A stretch of DNA of 64,000 bases. It comes from Bugula neritina. Its lineage: Eukaryota; Animalia; Bryozoa. The translations under genes and the position numbers were made by a program. Under the pieces are notes generated by a model. It worked only from the letters and a program-made list of their open reading frames with translations, was not told where the DNA came from and did no database searches. Where the stretch lies: contig OZ037765.1 in the NCBI GenBank assembly GCA_964035545.1, positions 17,980,995 to 18,044,994 of the forward strand. Reading direction: 5' to 3'. Shown here piece after piece: positions 37,194-49,400 of the stretch; position 1 is the first letter of the stretch, and each line of letters starts with the position of its first letter.

Positions 37194-38307
37194 TTATTTG
37201 ATGCTATTGTAGCATTCTATTTAGTAACAAAACTGTGTATTAAGTAATGATTAGTCAAAACATAAAAAAAACTTTATGCTATGCGAAATAGTGTTCTATA
37301 ACACATCTTGTTTGTGTATAAATATCTAATCTCAATCTTCAATAGTAGTTTAGGTATAATATGTCTAGATGTGAATTGCTAACAATGAATAGCATTTATA
37401 CAACACTGCACTAGTGAAGCTGTAGTTTTAACCACATAAAACCAGTTTACTTATATATAAGTATTTGAAATTTTTCATTAATTTTTATTATGTTAGCCAC
37501 TCATAAATATAAATGTTGAGTGACAGTAAAGTCTTAATGGCTGCATAATTGAATTTACTGTAGATAATTAGAAATTAGTAACTTGTTAGTGATACAAATC
37601 ATGCATTGTAAGACACTCTCATCTTGGCTCACACATTTCTTGTAGCTAAAAGCTTGATCAATGTGTGACACTGAAATCTAAAGCTGCACAAATTGAATTA
37701 TAAAATAAAATGAACTTAAGTCTTTGCGATTTTCTAATATTATTAATGCTGATTAGACAATTGAGAAGGTATCCCAAAAGGTGAATTTAGATTCAAGGGT
37801 TCTGAGACCATTTATGCCAACATGATTTATTGTTTTATAGAAAATAAAAGGAAACTAGCACGTAGAGCTGTAGGAATAAATTATAAAGAACAGACAGAAA
37901 AGGATATATGATTTTTAATCTTTCCTCAATTTACTAAATCTAGCTAAAAATTAAACTATAATTAATGGTGCCTTCAAAGTAGTGCAAATTATCCACCATG
38001 TTCATACAAAAATTTTACAGTAATAAACTACAATCTTAAAAGTTTTTTAATAGTTCTAAAAGAACACATGGTCAGACAACTGTTTGGCAAAAAGCTTCTT
38101 TATATAGATATTAGTTCAGACTATTCAGATATTTACCGTACTTTTTCAAGATCTTTATAGTAATATGAAGGGTGAAAGCTACGTGGGCTTCATATATTCA
38201 TGAAGATTCTGTTACATTCTTTTAACTGCATACGTATGTTTAGTTTTCTTATCCCATGATAATTTACTGTAGTAACTACACATCACACCACACTCTCTGC
38301 AACTGTA

Positions 38308-41300
38308 TTATAGCTTCTCTTTTGCATGTATTCTCATGTGAGTGTTTAAAGCAATTTTATATGTAAACTTCTTTTTACAGACTGCACATTGGTAGGGCTT
38401 TTCTCCAGTGTGAATCCTCATGTGTCTGGTAAGTGTATTTTTTTGAGCAAATGCTCTTCCACATTTTGTACAGTTATAAAGTTTTTCTCCAGTATGAGTC
38501 TTCGTATGTCTAGTTAATAACTGGTTTTTACTAAATGATTTCTTATACTCAAAACACTTATACGGTTTGTCTTTTCTATTTATTCCAACATTTTGTACCA
38601 AATTACAAGTTTTAGTGGAATCTTTTCCACATTTACTTTGCTGGTTAAACTTTTCTTTAGTGTGCAACTTTTTTCCAATAAATAAATTTACAGGCTCTGA
38701 AAATTGTTTCCTAATTTCAGTGCACTGGTATGGTTTTTCTTTCCAGCTATTTTCTTTACCTAACTCTGGGTGAATTGGCTGCCTAGTTGCATCTTCACAT
38801 TCTGTACATTTATGAGTCTCCTGATCACATTCTGCTTCATCAAAGCTGATTAAAGCTCCCAAATAAATGAAATTTTTTTTACACTCTGTACAAGTTTTTG
38901 GCTTCAATTTGTTATTACCTTTAGTTTTTTTGGTAAGACTTGCTTCTTCTAAATTTCTCTCTCCACAAACATATGTACATTTGAAACCCTGCTCTTGGCC
39001 TGACCCTCCTATATTATTTCTCTCTTCTAGCATATTTTCACATGTCAATAGAATATTATTTATATCACACTGTTTGTGAGTTTTCTTATCTTCTTCGGTC
39101 TCAGAAACTCCTTGTCTTCCAAAACCTAACCTCGGGTGCTCCAACCCTTTATATTCACGTTTCGTCAAACCACATACTGAAATTTGCAACATTCCACGTT
39201 AGGTAAAAACAAACAACAATGCAGCAATCACAGCAATTCACTAGGGTAACACATTATACTGTTGGATATTTTGAAAGTTTTAAAATACATCATGATCACA
39301 CAATTTAATGATTATATTGATATAACTGTCACAAATTCTGAGTGTACATATACCTATAAATAGACTTACCGGGTTTTTCCTAATGATTATACAGGAATGT
39401 TCATAAATATTCTAGACTAATCAAAGAGATGGGTCATTGTTCATTGTTACTGTTTTGGTTAGTCATGTTAACTACTGCCCAGCAATGTAAACAAGGTATT
39501 GCGCAATAATTGCGAAATAACCATGGAAATTCCAATGTTTTGTTTTGTTTTGATTTTCTATAAATAGTACTGGCATGTGGGGAATGTTTTCTACTAGAAT
39601 CTTCTATACTGGAATGCTTGAGAATGTTCTAGAGTGTTTTGTTTACTATAAATACTGAGGCAGTTGTGTTTACGAATCAGTTCCTTTTTATAAGTTCATT
39701 CTCGGAGTTCATTTTCATAAGTTCATTCTCGGAGTTCATTTTTATTAATTCATCTGTGCATATCTTACTAAAGGAATAAAGTCTACTTATATCCACAACC
39801 CTATTTACTCTCAACTGGATTAGCAAGCTGTATGCTACTTGTCTCTATACTTCTGACTACCAGACTTTTCGAACTCGTCACACTGCTACCAACAGTTTTG
39901 TGACAATTGGGGGCTGCTCCGGGAAGTCTCAGTCGCACACAGGGAAGTTATTAGTTACAGCGTGAGTATACACAGGATTAATTAACAGTTGTTGAGACAT
40001 TATGGCGTTGTTGGAGAGAGTGACACAGATGGGTAAAGATCTTGGATTGGTGGAGGACAAGCTCGTAGCTTTTGTTGAAAAGAACCTACCCATTGTTGCT
40101 GCACAAGAGGAAAAAGAAAAGGCACGAGAGGAAAAAGAAAAGGACCGAGAGGAGCGTAGATTAGAGCGTGAGGCGGAAAGGATCAAGCAAGAAAATGAGA
40201 AAGCCATAATGGAGATGAAGATAAAAGCTGATCAGGAGGCAATGGCACTCAAGATTAAAGCTGACCAGGAGGCAGAAGAGAGAAGACAACGACATGAATT
40301 AGATATGGAAAAGCTGAAAGCTGACACAAGTTTGGAGCACTCAAGACATGAGAGCACCAGGTTAGAAATAGCTAACAAACCAAAACCAAAAATACCATTC
40401 TTTGATGAGAAGGTGGACGAAATGGATAGCTATTTAGAGCGGTTCGAGTGGGTTGCCGAAGGATGTAATTGGGACAAGGGAGATTGGCCCTACCATCTCA
40501 GTCAGTACCTAAGGGGTACAGCAACAGAAGCTTACATCCGGTTGTCACCTACCGATCGTAGAGATTATAAAAAAGTCAAAGAAGCCTTATTGGAGCGCTT
40601 TAACTTGACTCAAGAGGGCTACAGAAAAAAGCTCAGAGAGGCAGAAGCTTACGAGGATGAAACTCCTGCCCAACTGTTCACTAGGATAGAAAGTTATGTG
40701 CACAAGTGGGTGGAGCTTTCAGGGGGCATGGACATAGCCAAACTAGTGGCAACTGAACAATTTATATCATCATGCCCAGACGACCTAGCTGTGCATTTAA
40801 AGCAAAGTTCCTACAACAGCAGTGAGGATATGTGTGATGCAGCGTCACTGTTCTTGCACGCTCGTGGAAGGAAACTAGCAAAGACAAAGAAAACTAATAC
40901 AAAAAGGATAGAAAACACACCTGCCAGTAGCATGAATGCTGAACAAGGAAGTAAAAGCGATGGTGCATGCTTCATCTGCAAAGATAAGTCACACATTGCT
41001 CGCAACTGCCCACGGCGAGGGAAGAAGTACTGTTCACATTGCAAGATGAACAACCACAATACTTCAGACTGCAGAAAGTATGGTGGAAGGTCAGTGCATG
41101 CTGCTGCTGCAATAGCGACTACTCAGGATAAGACTGTGGTCACAGATCCAAGAATCTCATCTAAGGTGGAAGAACCTACGGAAATCACAGTTAATGGTAA
41201 AAAGTTTGTCAACGCTGCTGTCTGCAAGAATGGACCTAAATTCAAAGATGGGGGCACAGCGATATTTGATGCGGAAGTTAATGGCCAACGAGCTACTGTA

Positions 41301-44147
41301 ATGCGCGACACCGGCTGTGGTTGCATTGTAGTCAATGCAAAGTATGTGCAACCTCAACACTTGACTGGAGAATCAGTTTATCTGAATATGGCTGATGCAA
41401 GTGTTAGGGAGGCTCAGTGGGCACTTATCTCAGTACGCTCACCATTTTACAATGGTGTCGTCAAAGCTGCAGTAATGGACAAGACGATTTGTGACCTGCT
41501 TATTGGGAATGTGGACGGAGCGAGATCAGCTGACCAGCCGCTGGAAAACTGGAAGGACTGCGCCGTAACCACAAGAGCTCAGGCTGTCAAGGAAAAGTCA
41601 GGAGACAAACCACTGAAGATTGATTCAAATACTAACCCATTAAGTATAGGGAAAGATGAAATAGCCAGATTGCAGAGGGATGACCCCACATTGGAACGTT
41701 TCTTTTATGCAAAAGAAGTGAAGGAGAAAAAGGGATGCACCACTAGGTTTGTGGTGAGGAATAAGATTCTGTACCGTGAGTACACCGACTCGAAGTCTGT
41801 CAGTGTAAAACCTGTTAAACAACTCATGGTACCCAGTTCTCTGAGGAAGGAAGTTCTACAAAAAGCTCATGACTGCATAATGAGCGGACACCTAGGAGTA
41901 AAGAAAACCACTGATAGAGTGCTTTCCAACTTCTTCTGGCCAGGACTAAGCGGAGATGTCGTACGTTTCTGTCAATCATGTGACATTTGCCAGAAGACGG
42001 TGAAAAAAGGCTCAGTCATGAAAGTTCCAGTACAGGAAACACCACTAATTGACACCCCATTCAAGAGATGTGCAATAGACCTAGTCGGACCAATTAACCC
42101 TCCAAGTGAGAAAGGACACCGCTACATCCTAACTTTAGTTGACTATGCTACAAGATACCCTGAAGCTACACCATTGAAGAACATTGACTCAGCTACTGTA
42201 GCTGAAGCGCTGCTTGACATATACAGTCGTGTTGGGATACCAGAGGAGGTGATAAGCGATCAAGGAACTCAATTCATCTCAGACTACATGAAAGAGTTTA
42301 CCAGATTACTTGACATGCGGCAACTTCCTACCTCACCATACCATGCAATGGCCAATGGACTTGTGGAAAAGTTCAACGGAACCCTCAAGAGTATGTTAAA
42401 AAAGTTGTGTGCTAAAGAGCCAAGACAGTGGCATCGGTTTATCAATGCGGCTCTATTTGCATATAGAGAAGTCCCACAGGAATCAACAGGCTTTGCCCCA
42501 TTCGAGTTACTCTATGGAAGAACTGTGCGTGGACCAATGTACATCCTGCGACAACTTTGGACAAAAGAAGACACTGCCGATGAAGTCAAGACCTGCTATC
42601 AACATGTTTTTGAATTGAGAGAGCGTTTAGATGACATGATGGAAATGGCACTAGCTTCACTAAAAGACAGTCAAAAAAGATACAAACACTATTTTGACAA
42701 GAAAGCTAAGCAGAGAGACTTCAGACCTGGTGACAAAGTGCTCATTCTTCTACCTACAGATGGAAATAAATTGCTGATGCATTGGCAAGGACCATTCAAT
42801 ATTGAGGAGAAAGTCAGACTGAATGACTACATTATCAACATTAGAGGCAAGAGGAGAACATACCATGCCAACATGCTGAAGAAATATTTTGAACGGGAGA
42901 CGCCTACCGACTCTATGACTGTTGGAGCTGTGATGACTCTAGATGCTGCTGGTGCTGGAATTATTGATCACGATAAGGAAAGAGAAGAAAGCCAAGATGA
43001 TTTGTTGGACCTGTACAGTAAGAAACAGCAGAGTGATGAGATGGGCTATGTATTCACAAAACTTCAGAATCAAGGTGGAGTCAATCAAAGGAAAGGACAA
43101 TGTTGGAGCTGATTATCTAAGCCGAATTGACTCAGAATTTTAAGTAGTTAGGAGAAATGATCAAGATAATTTCTCTTAGAATGGGGGGTTGTCACAAATT
43201 CTGAGTGTACATATACCTATAAATAGACTTACCGGGTTTTTCCTAATGATTATACAGGAATGTTCATAAATATTCTAGACTAATCAAAGAGATGGGTCAT
43301 TGTTCATTGTTACTGTTTTGGTTAGTCATGTTAACTACTGCCCAGCAATGTAAACAAGGTATTGCGCAATAATTGCGAAATAACCATGGAAATTCCAATG
43401 TTTTGTTTTGTTTTGATTTTCTATAAATAGTACTGGCATGTGGGGAATGTTTTCTACTAGAATCTTCTATACTGGAATGCTTGAGAATGTTCTAGAGTGT
43501 TTTGTTTACTATAAATACTGAGGCAGTTGTGTTTACGAATCAGTTCCTTTTTATAAGTTCATTCTCGGAGTTCATTTTCATAAGTTCATTCTCGGAGTTC
43601 ATTTTTATTAATTCATCTGTGCATATCTTACTAAAGGAATAAAGTCTACTTATATCCACAACCCTATTTACTCTCAACTGGATTAGCAAGCTGTATGCTA
43701 CTTGTCTCTATACTTCTGACTACCAGACTTTTCGAACTCGTCACACTGCTACCAACAGTTTTGTGACAATAACTATTTGTCACCATATCTAAAAATCTGT
43801 TTAGATTGACAAAATATAGCAAGTGGTGGGTTTTGATCTTTTTTTTTTACAAAAATTGCTTCATGCCAATTATAGCCATTATAAAATAATGCAAACACAA
43901 ATACTTGCATATTTTTCAAACTCCTTATTGTGTGGTATATTTTTAAATACTTAATGTTTTTACAAATCAACATTAGTGTTTTACAAAAGCTGCTATAATG
44001 AATATAACTAAGGAACAATTCAGCATTAAATAATTTTTCGCCAATTAACTTCAGGAAAAATTAATGATAGAACCAATTTTTAGCCAAATTTTCATGTAGA
44101 AATATTGACTTGTAAAAGTAATATCTACACTTACCAGCAAGAGACAT
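38308..44147 (-). CDS. C2H2 zinc-finger protein (two intact C-terminal fingers, several degenerate ones)
   Basis: Main exon 38308-39176 has HTGEKPY linkers and acceptor TTTCAG. A predicted first coding exon 44135-44147 (ATGTCTCTTGCTG|GTAAGT, phase 1) joins in frame to give MSLAVCGLTKR. Confidence 0.8.
39327..39905 (+). repeat. 5' LTR of the Gmr1-like element
   Basis: Direct repeat of 43190-43768; three CTATAAATA boxes, a duplicated ATAAGTTCATTCTCGGAGTTCATTTT, and AATAAA near 39775. Confidence 0.97.
40002..43112 (+). CDS. Gag (coiled coil, SCAN-like capsid CTD, two zinc knuckles)-protease-integrase polyprotein, no RT
   Basis: CFICKDKSHIARNC and CSHCKMNNHNTSDC knuckles; protease RDTG; integrase H..H..C..C, AIDLVGP, SDQG, LVEKFN and GPF motifs; no YxDD-type motif. 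Confidence 0.95.
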   Translation: MALLERVTQMGKDLGLVEDKLVAFVEKNLPIVAAQEEKEKAREEKEKDREERRLEREAERIKQENEKAIMEMKIKADQEAMALKIKADQEAEERRQRHELDMEKLKADTSLEHSRHESTRLEIANKPKPKIPFFDEKVDEMDSYLERFEWVAEGCNWDKGDWPYHLSQYLRGTATEAYIRLSPTDRRDYKKVKEALLERFNLTQEGYRKKLREAEAYEDETPAQLFTRIESYVHKWVELSGGMDIAKLVATEQFISSCPDDLAVHLKQSSYNSSEDMCDAASLFLHARGRKLAKTKKTNTKRIENTPASSMNAEQGSKSDGACFICKDKSHIARNCPRRGKKYCSHCKMNNHNTSDCRKYGGRSVHAAAAIATTQDKTVVTDPRISSKVEEPTEITVNGKKFVNAAVCKNGPKFKDGGTAIFDAEVNGQRATVMRDTGCGCIVVNAKYVQPQHLTGESVYLNMADASVREAQWALISVRSPFYNGVVKAAVMDKTICDLLIGNVDGARSADQPLENWKDCAVTTRAQAVKEKSGDKPLKIDSNTNPLSIGKDEIARLQRDDPTLERFFYAKEVKEKKGCTTRFVVRNKILYREYTDSKSVSVKPVKQLMVPSSLRKEVLQKAHDCIMSGHLGVKKTTDRVLSNFFWPGLSGDVVRFCQSCDICQKTVKKGSVMKVPVQETPLIDTPFKRCAIDLVGPINPPSEKGHRYILTLVDYATRYPEATPLKNIDSATVAEALLDIYSRVGIPEEVISDQGTQFISDYMKEFTRLLDMRQLPTSPYHAMANGLVEKFNGTLKSMLKKLCAKEPRQWHRFINAALFAYREVPQESTGFAPFELLYGRTVRGPMYILRQLWTKEDTADEVKTCYQHVFELRERLDDMMEMALASLKDSQKRYKHYFDKKAKQRDFRPGDKVLILLPTDGNKLLMHWQGPFNIEEKVRLNDYIINIRGKRRTYHANMLKKYFERETPTDSMTVGAVMTLDAAGAGIIDHDKEREESQDDLLDLYSKKQQSDEMGYVFTKLQNQGGVNQRKGQCWS
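43190..43768 (+). repeat. 3' LTR of the Gmr1-like element
   Basis: Direct repeat of 39327-39905, followed by the ATAAC TSD. Confidence 0.97.
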
Positions 44148-46427
44148 TTTGAGACTGCTGGCAAAGGTCCAAATAATTTTTTAATATATAAACTCAGTTC
44201 TAGTAAAATTTTATTTTGTCACTAAGCAAGCTAAATATGTTTTTGATAAAGAACAATACAAGAGCAAACTATAATTAATGCATATACAGCAGTTGTAAGT
44301 ATAAATCTACACTAAATGATATAAAATAAATAATACTTGCAGTGGCTGTATTAACAGCTATTTGGCTGGCCTGTAACAACCTTAGACAAAAAATAGCTCT
44401 TTCTCATACGAAAAAAAGCTTTCAATTCCGACTCATTAATAAAACAATAAACAGTTGAGTAAAGGGATTTGCCTGACCTGATGTTCTAACTGACTACTGG
44501 ATTGACCTAAACACTCAGCATAAGATTAGCATATTATATATATATTACTTAATATAAAGTGCCAATTAGTCAAAGAAATAAATTATATATTAACATCAAG
44601 CTAAGTGCATTGTCGATGAGGGTCTGAGTTTACATCATATAGATCCATAATAAAAGCTTTTTGCAAGCATACGAAAAATCATGAAGATATTTGTTGTGAC
44701 TATAATAATATGAAATGTTCTAATGAATAAATGTTGTTCACCATTTGCTATTCCACATTCAACAATTGATTTACATGAAATGCTAAACAATAGTCAATGC
44801 ATGAAATAAAATTTGTCTCAAGTTTTATTTCTCCATTGCATTTGCATGCATTTTGCATTCTCAAATAATATAACACATTCAAACTGCGTATCAAACATGT
44901 ATAGATTCTTGTAATCAATTTGACATATGAAGCTGGCAAAAATTACAACTGAGTTTCATAGAATAAGATTATGACATAACAGAGTGGAGCAGGAAATTGT
45001 CCTCCTCATACATATGTAAAGCAATGATAATAAAGGTGACTGCTGCTTGGCTTCAATTCTCTAATATTAATTTGCAATAAAACTGCACTTTCCAGAGAGA
45101 CAAAGATTTTAATTGGGGCAACAGTTCTGTTTTATGTCTGCCTTCTATGTATAAATATTATTATGTTTAATATCACTTTGTCAAAGCATATTGTAAAAAA
45201 CACACAACTTTCTTTAATACATTCGCATATTATATACTAGGACTGCATAAAGCAAGTCTGTGGTCAACATAAAGTAAATCTGTGAATACATAAGTCAAGC
45301 CTGGGAGCCACTCGCTATCTTGAGCATGAATTTCAAATTCATATACATGTGTATTTGTTTAACGATAGAGTTATCTTTTCTACCATTTGTGTGTGCGAGT
45401 GCACAAGCAATATAATATCACTCCGATAATAATATCCCCTTTGCCGTGAACTTTGTTTAAATGTCAATATATTTTAACTTGTTGATAAGGATGTTAATAT
45501 AGTCGTGGTTTAGCGCTACTTCCTCATTCGGCTGGTGCCTAGTCCTGAATAAACTAAAACTTATAATAGAAACTTAGACGCTTTAACCAACATTGATGCT
45601 GACCGCCACCACTACCAGCGTTATTCACTTTCAGTGCCCCTTGTAAGTTGTACCTGATTTTAGTTGCTATTAAAGCCACTATTGGCTACGAGTAGATATA
45701 GATATAAAGTACGTCTACATCATGATCATGATGATCATTCATCATGTTAAACTTTAAAGAATCCACTTCTTCTGGTTCAAGTAGTAGTTCTATGACTATG
45801 AGTATGATAATGTTATAGATAATATTAATTAGTGTTACTAGGTACTACTGCTACTGCTAGTGCTACAACTGTACAAGTCGAACTATGACTATCACATTAT
45901 GATTATCAGTGACATACAATGATTCAATAGCAATGAGTATCACTGACACTAACACTAACAGTAACTCTAAAGTCTAACTCTATGGATTATTGCTATGACT
46001 ATGTGACATGACTCGTCTCATGATTATCACAATCAGTATCACTCTCAGTATGACTATGAGTATAAGTATGGCTCAATTAATATTACTATTAGTATAACTA
46101 TTACATATTGATATATTTATAGTAGTTATACTATGCCTCATTTGAATAACTATAAGTATAAGATTAAGTATAAGTCCTTTGCCCGGTTTAACAACAATCC
46201 CTTCCATCAGGGGTTTTTTCACAGTGAGTTTTTTATATTATCAATCGATTAGTATAAGTATGAGTATCACTATCAGTGCCACCATTACTGATTACTCATA
46301 GTCATAATGGTAATGATAGTCAGTTTAATTCTATTAGTATTACTATTAGTATTACTATTAGTATTAGTATTGGTGTTAGTATGAGTATCAGTATGAATGT
46401 TACTCAAACTCAAAGTATCAGCATGAC

Positions 46428-49400
46428 TGTTCGGTGTTCATGTAAACATTTATTTCTAATTTGTTATTTTATTATTTTACTATTTTTTGTCATAATCTTA
46501 ATAATTAATTGTATCACTTATTGTAATAGTTTTAGTATTTTCTTGTATATATTTTGTGGTAATAAATCACGGCTTCGGCCTCTTACGTTTATCAACTAAC
46601 TCGAGCACGTTCTGTCTTTTCACGATAGCTGAAATAATATCACAAATCAACATAAAACATGGTGCCCCGAGTCTAATTATTAATATTACACTGAAATAAC
46701 ATGGAGCAATTACTAGCGCCAAAACCATTAGCAGATGGACCGAATTTACCTGAGGAATGGAAGATTTTTAAACGTGACTTCGAACTTTTTTTAACTGCCA
46801 CATCGAAAGATACAGCCGAAGGCAAAGTGAAAACTGCATACCTACTTAGAACTATCGGTCGCCGAGGCAACCAAATATACGACTCTTTCAACTGGACTGA
46901 CAACAATGACAAAACTGACTATGACAAAGTTGTGACGCAGTTTGATGACTACTGCAAACCAAGAATAAACTTAGTGGCTAAGACTCACTCACTACTGACT
47001 TGTAAGCAAGGAAATAGAACTATTGACGAATTTTTGACTGAACTACATACCATTGCAGGACTATGTGACTTAAAAGACATGTACAACCGACTGATACTAC
47101 AAGCACTGATACTGGGAATTGAAAGTGACAAGATTAGAAAGAAACTGTTTGACTTGACTGACTTTGACAAAGCAATTGAACTCTGCAGACGAGAAGAAGC
47201 ATCGGCTATTGACTACAAGACTATGACTAAGGATAACACATATGGACTCGAACAAGTGAACTTGGTAAAACATAGACCTCCGACTCATCAATATCACTCT
47301 AATGACACTCGTAACACTGATAAACACAGAGGACAACTTTCACACACTCACTCTCAGCCCAACGTCAGAAGATCAGTTGGTGCTTCTAGGTGTGGAAACT
47401 GTGGAGGCAATCACCCACCTCGAGCATGCCCAGCATATGGGAAACAGTGCAATCATTGCAAGAAATTTAACCACTTTGCTGCATACTGCAGGTCACGCAT
47501 GCATCATTATCGCGACTCAACCGAAACAGCCAATCAAGTCACCTGGAATTACTCTTCAGACAGTGACTCTCAACATGTAAGTACTATCTCCACTACTGTA
47601 CGAGATCGTAAATTATTAGCGATGCTCACTGCTAAGCAAGCAGATACTATTTATGACATTGAATTCCAACTTGACACTGGTGCATCATGCAATACTTTGA
47701 ATACGATCGACTACGACAAGCTAGGTAGACCGAAACTTACACCGACTGATACTGTACTAACTTTATATGACCAGAGCAAGTGTGCACCACTAGGGTGGAC
47801 ACGGATACAGATACTAAACAAGCAAGGATGTTACACTACATTAAAATTCCTAGTTGTGGAAACCACCCAACATAGCTTGCTGTCATGGAAATCATGTTTG
47901 CACCTGGATTTATTACAAATGCCCAGCACCAAAAGCGAGAATGTAAACTTTGCCACTACTGACCCAGACCTTCAGACTTTACTGACTAACTTTGATGACA
48001 TATTTACCGGACTTGGAAAGTTTGAACAGGAATATAGGATAGAGCTAAGACCTGAAGCTGTACCAGTGCAAGTCCGACCGCGGAAGGTGCCCTTGTCGAT
48101 GAAATCAGATCTCATCAAGACTATTCTTGAACTAGAACAACGTCAAATTATCGCTAAGGTAGAAGCACCTACAGACTGGATAAGCCATCTACAACCAGTG
48201 CGCAAGCCTAATGGAAAGATACGCATCTGCATAGATCCGCAAAATCTCAATCAAGCAATTAAACGAAACCACGCTGTCATGCCAACATTGGAAGATGTTT
48301 TGCCACAACTCAACGGTGCCAAGTTTTTCTCCTTGTGTGACGCCAAAGAAGGTTTCTATCAAATTCCCCTAGCTGAGGAATCTACAGACTTGACAACTTT
48401 CTGGACTCCCATAGGAAAGTACAAGTACCTAAGGCTACCCTTCGGAATTGCATCAGCGCCGGAGGAGTTTCAGAGAAGGCTCACGGAAAATCTTGCTGGT
48501 CTTGATGGCATCACCATAGTTGCAGATGACATCCTAATTTTTGGAAGGACAAGGAAAGAGCATGATGGCAACCTTGAAACGCTCTTCAAACGTGCTCGAC
48601 AGACAGGACTGAGACTGAACAAAGAAAAATCCCGCTTCCTTCAGGACGAACTACCTTACATTGGACACATACTGACAACTAATGGACTTAAACCAGATCC
48701 TAACAAAGTAAAAGCCATTCTTAAGATGAAACCTCCCTCATCTCCACAGGGAGTAAAACGATTCCTTGGTCACATCACATACATGTCAAAATTTATTAGC
48801 AACCTAGCATCGGAATCTGAACCATTACGACGTTTACTGACACAAGACAATGCTCAAGACTTTCACTGGACTGACGACCAAATGAACGCTTTTAATAGAC
48901 TGAAGACCTTACTAACTGACTCAGAAACTCTACAATACTTTGACTGCAACAAGCCAGTAACTATACAAACTGACGCTTCAAATGCTGGTGTGGGTGCAAC
49001 ACTCATGCAAGGAGGCAAGCCTGTAGCATATGCATCTCGCAGTTTAACAAAATCGGAACAGAACTATGTGCCACTAGAGCTTGAGTGCCTTGCCATAGTG
49101 TTTGGCACTGAACGCTTTGACCAGTATATCTTTGGTCACCATGCTGTCACTATCCAAACTGACCACAAACCCCTTGTATCTATTTTCAGGAAATCCATTC
49201 ATAAGGCATCTCGGAGGTTGCAGGCTATGCTTCTTCACTTACAAAGATACCCCAACATTAAGGTAACTTGGCAAGAGGGTGCTGAACAGATCACGGCTGA
49301 CTTACTCTCAAGAGACTCATACTTTGACTCCCCCAACTATCAACAACTACCAGAACACATTTTTCACATTGACTCTCAAAATAATGATGCTCCTGTTTGT

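Larger units (their letters stand above)
39327..43768 (+). mobile_element. Gmr1-like Ty3/Gypsy LTR retrotransposon, RT/RNase H deleted (non-autonomous)
   Basis: 579-bp LTRs (39327-39905, 43190-43768), identical by eye, with ends TGTCACAAA...TTTGTGACA; TSD ATAAC; tRNA-Pro-like PBS at 39908; PPT at 43178-43188. Confidence 0.95.

Noticed and set aside
39689-39742. Short repeats in the LTR and the 72-bp duplication at 31175, considered as CRISPR-like arrays
   Set aside because: Only two adjacent copies, no unique spacers, no cas genes, and a eukaryotic context.
46276-46599. Hydrophobic ORFs 46276-46599 and 50685-50906 with an identical core, resembling a small membrane protein or env
   Set aside because: They are translations of the T-rich LTR plus flanking DNA, start at non-ATG codons and have no coding signature.
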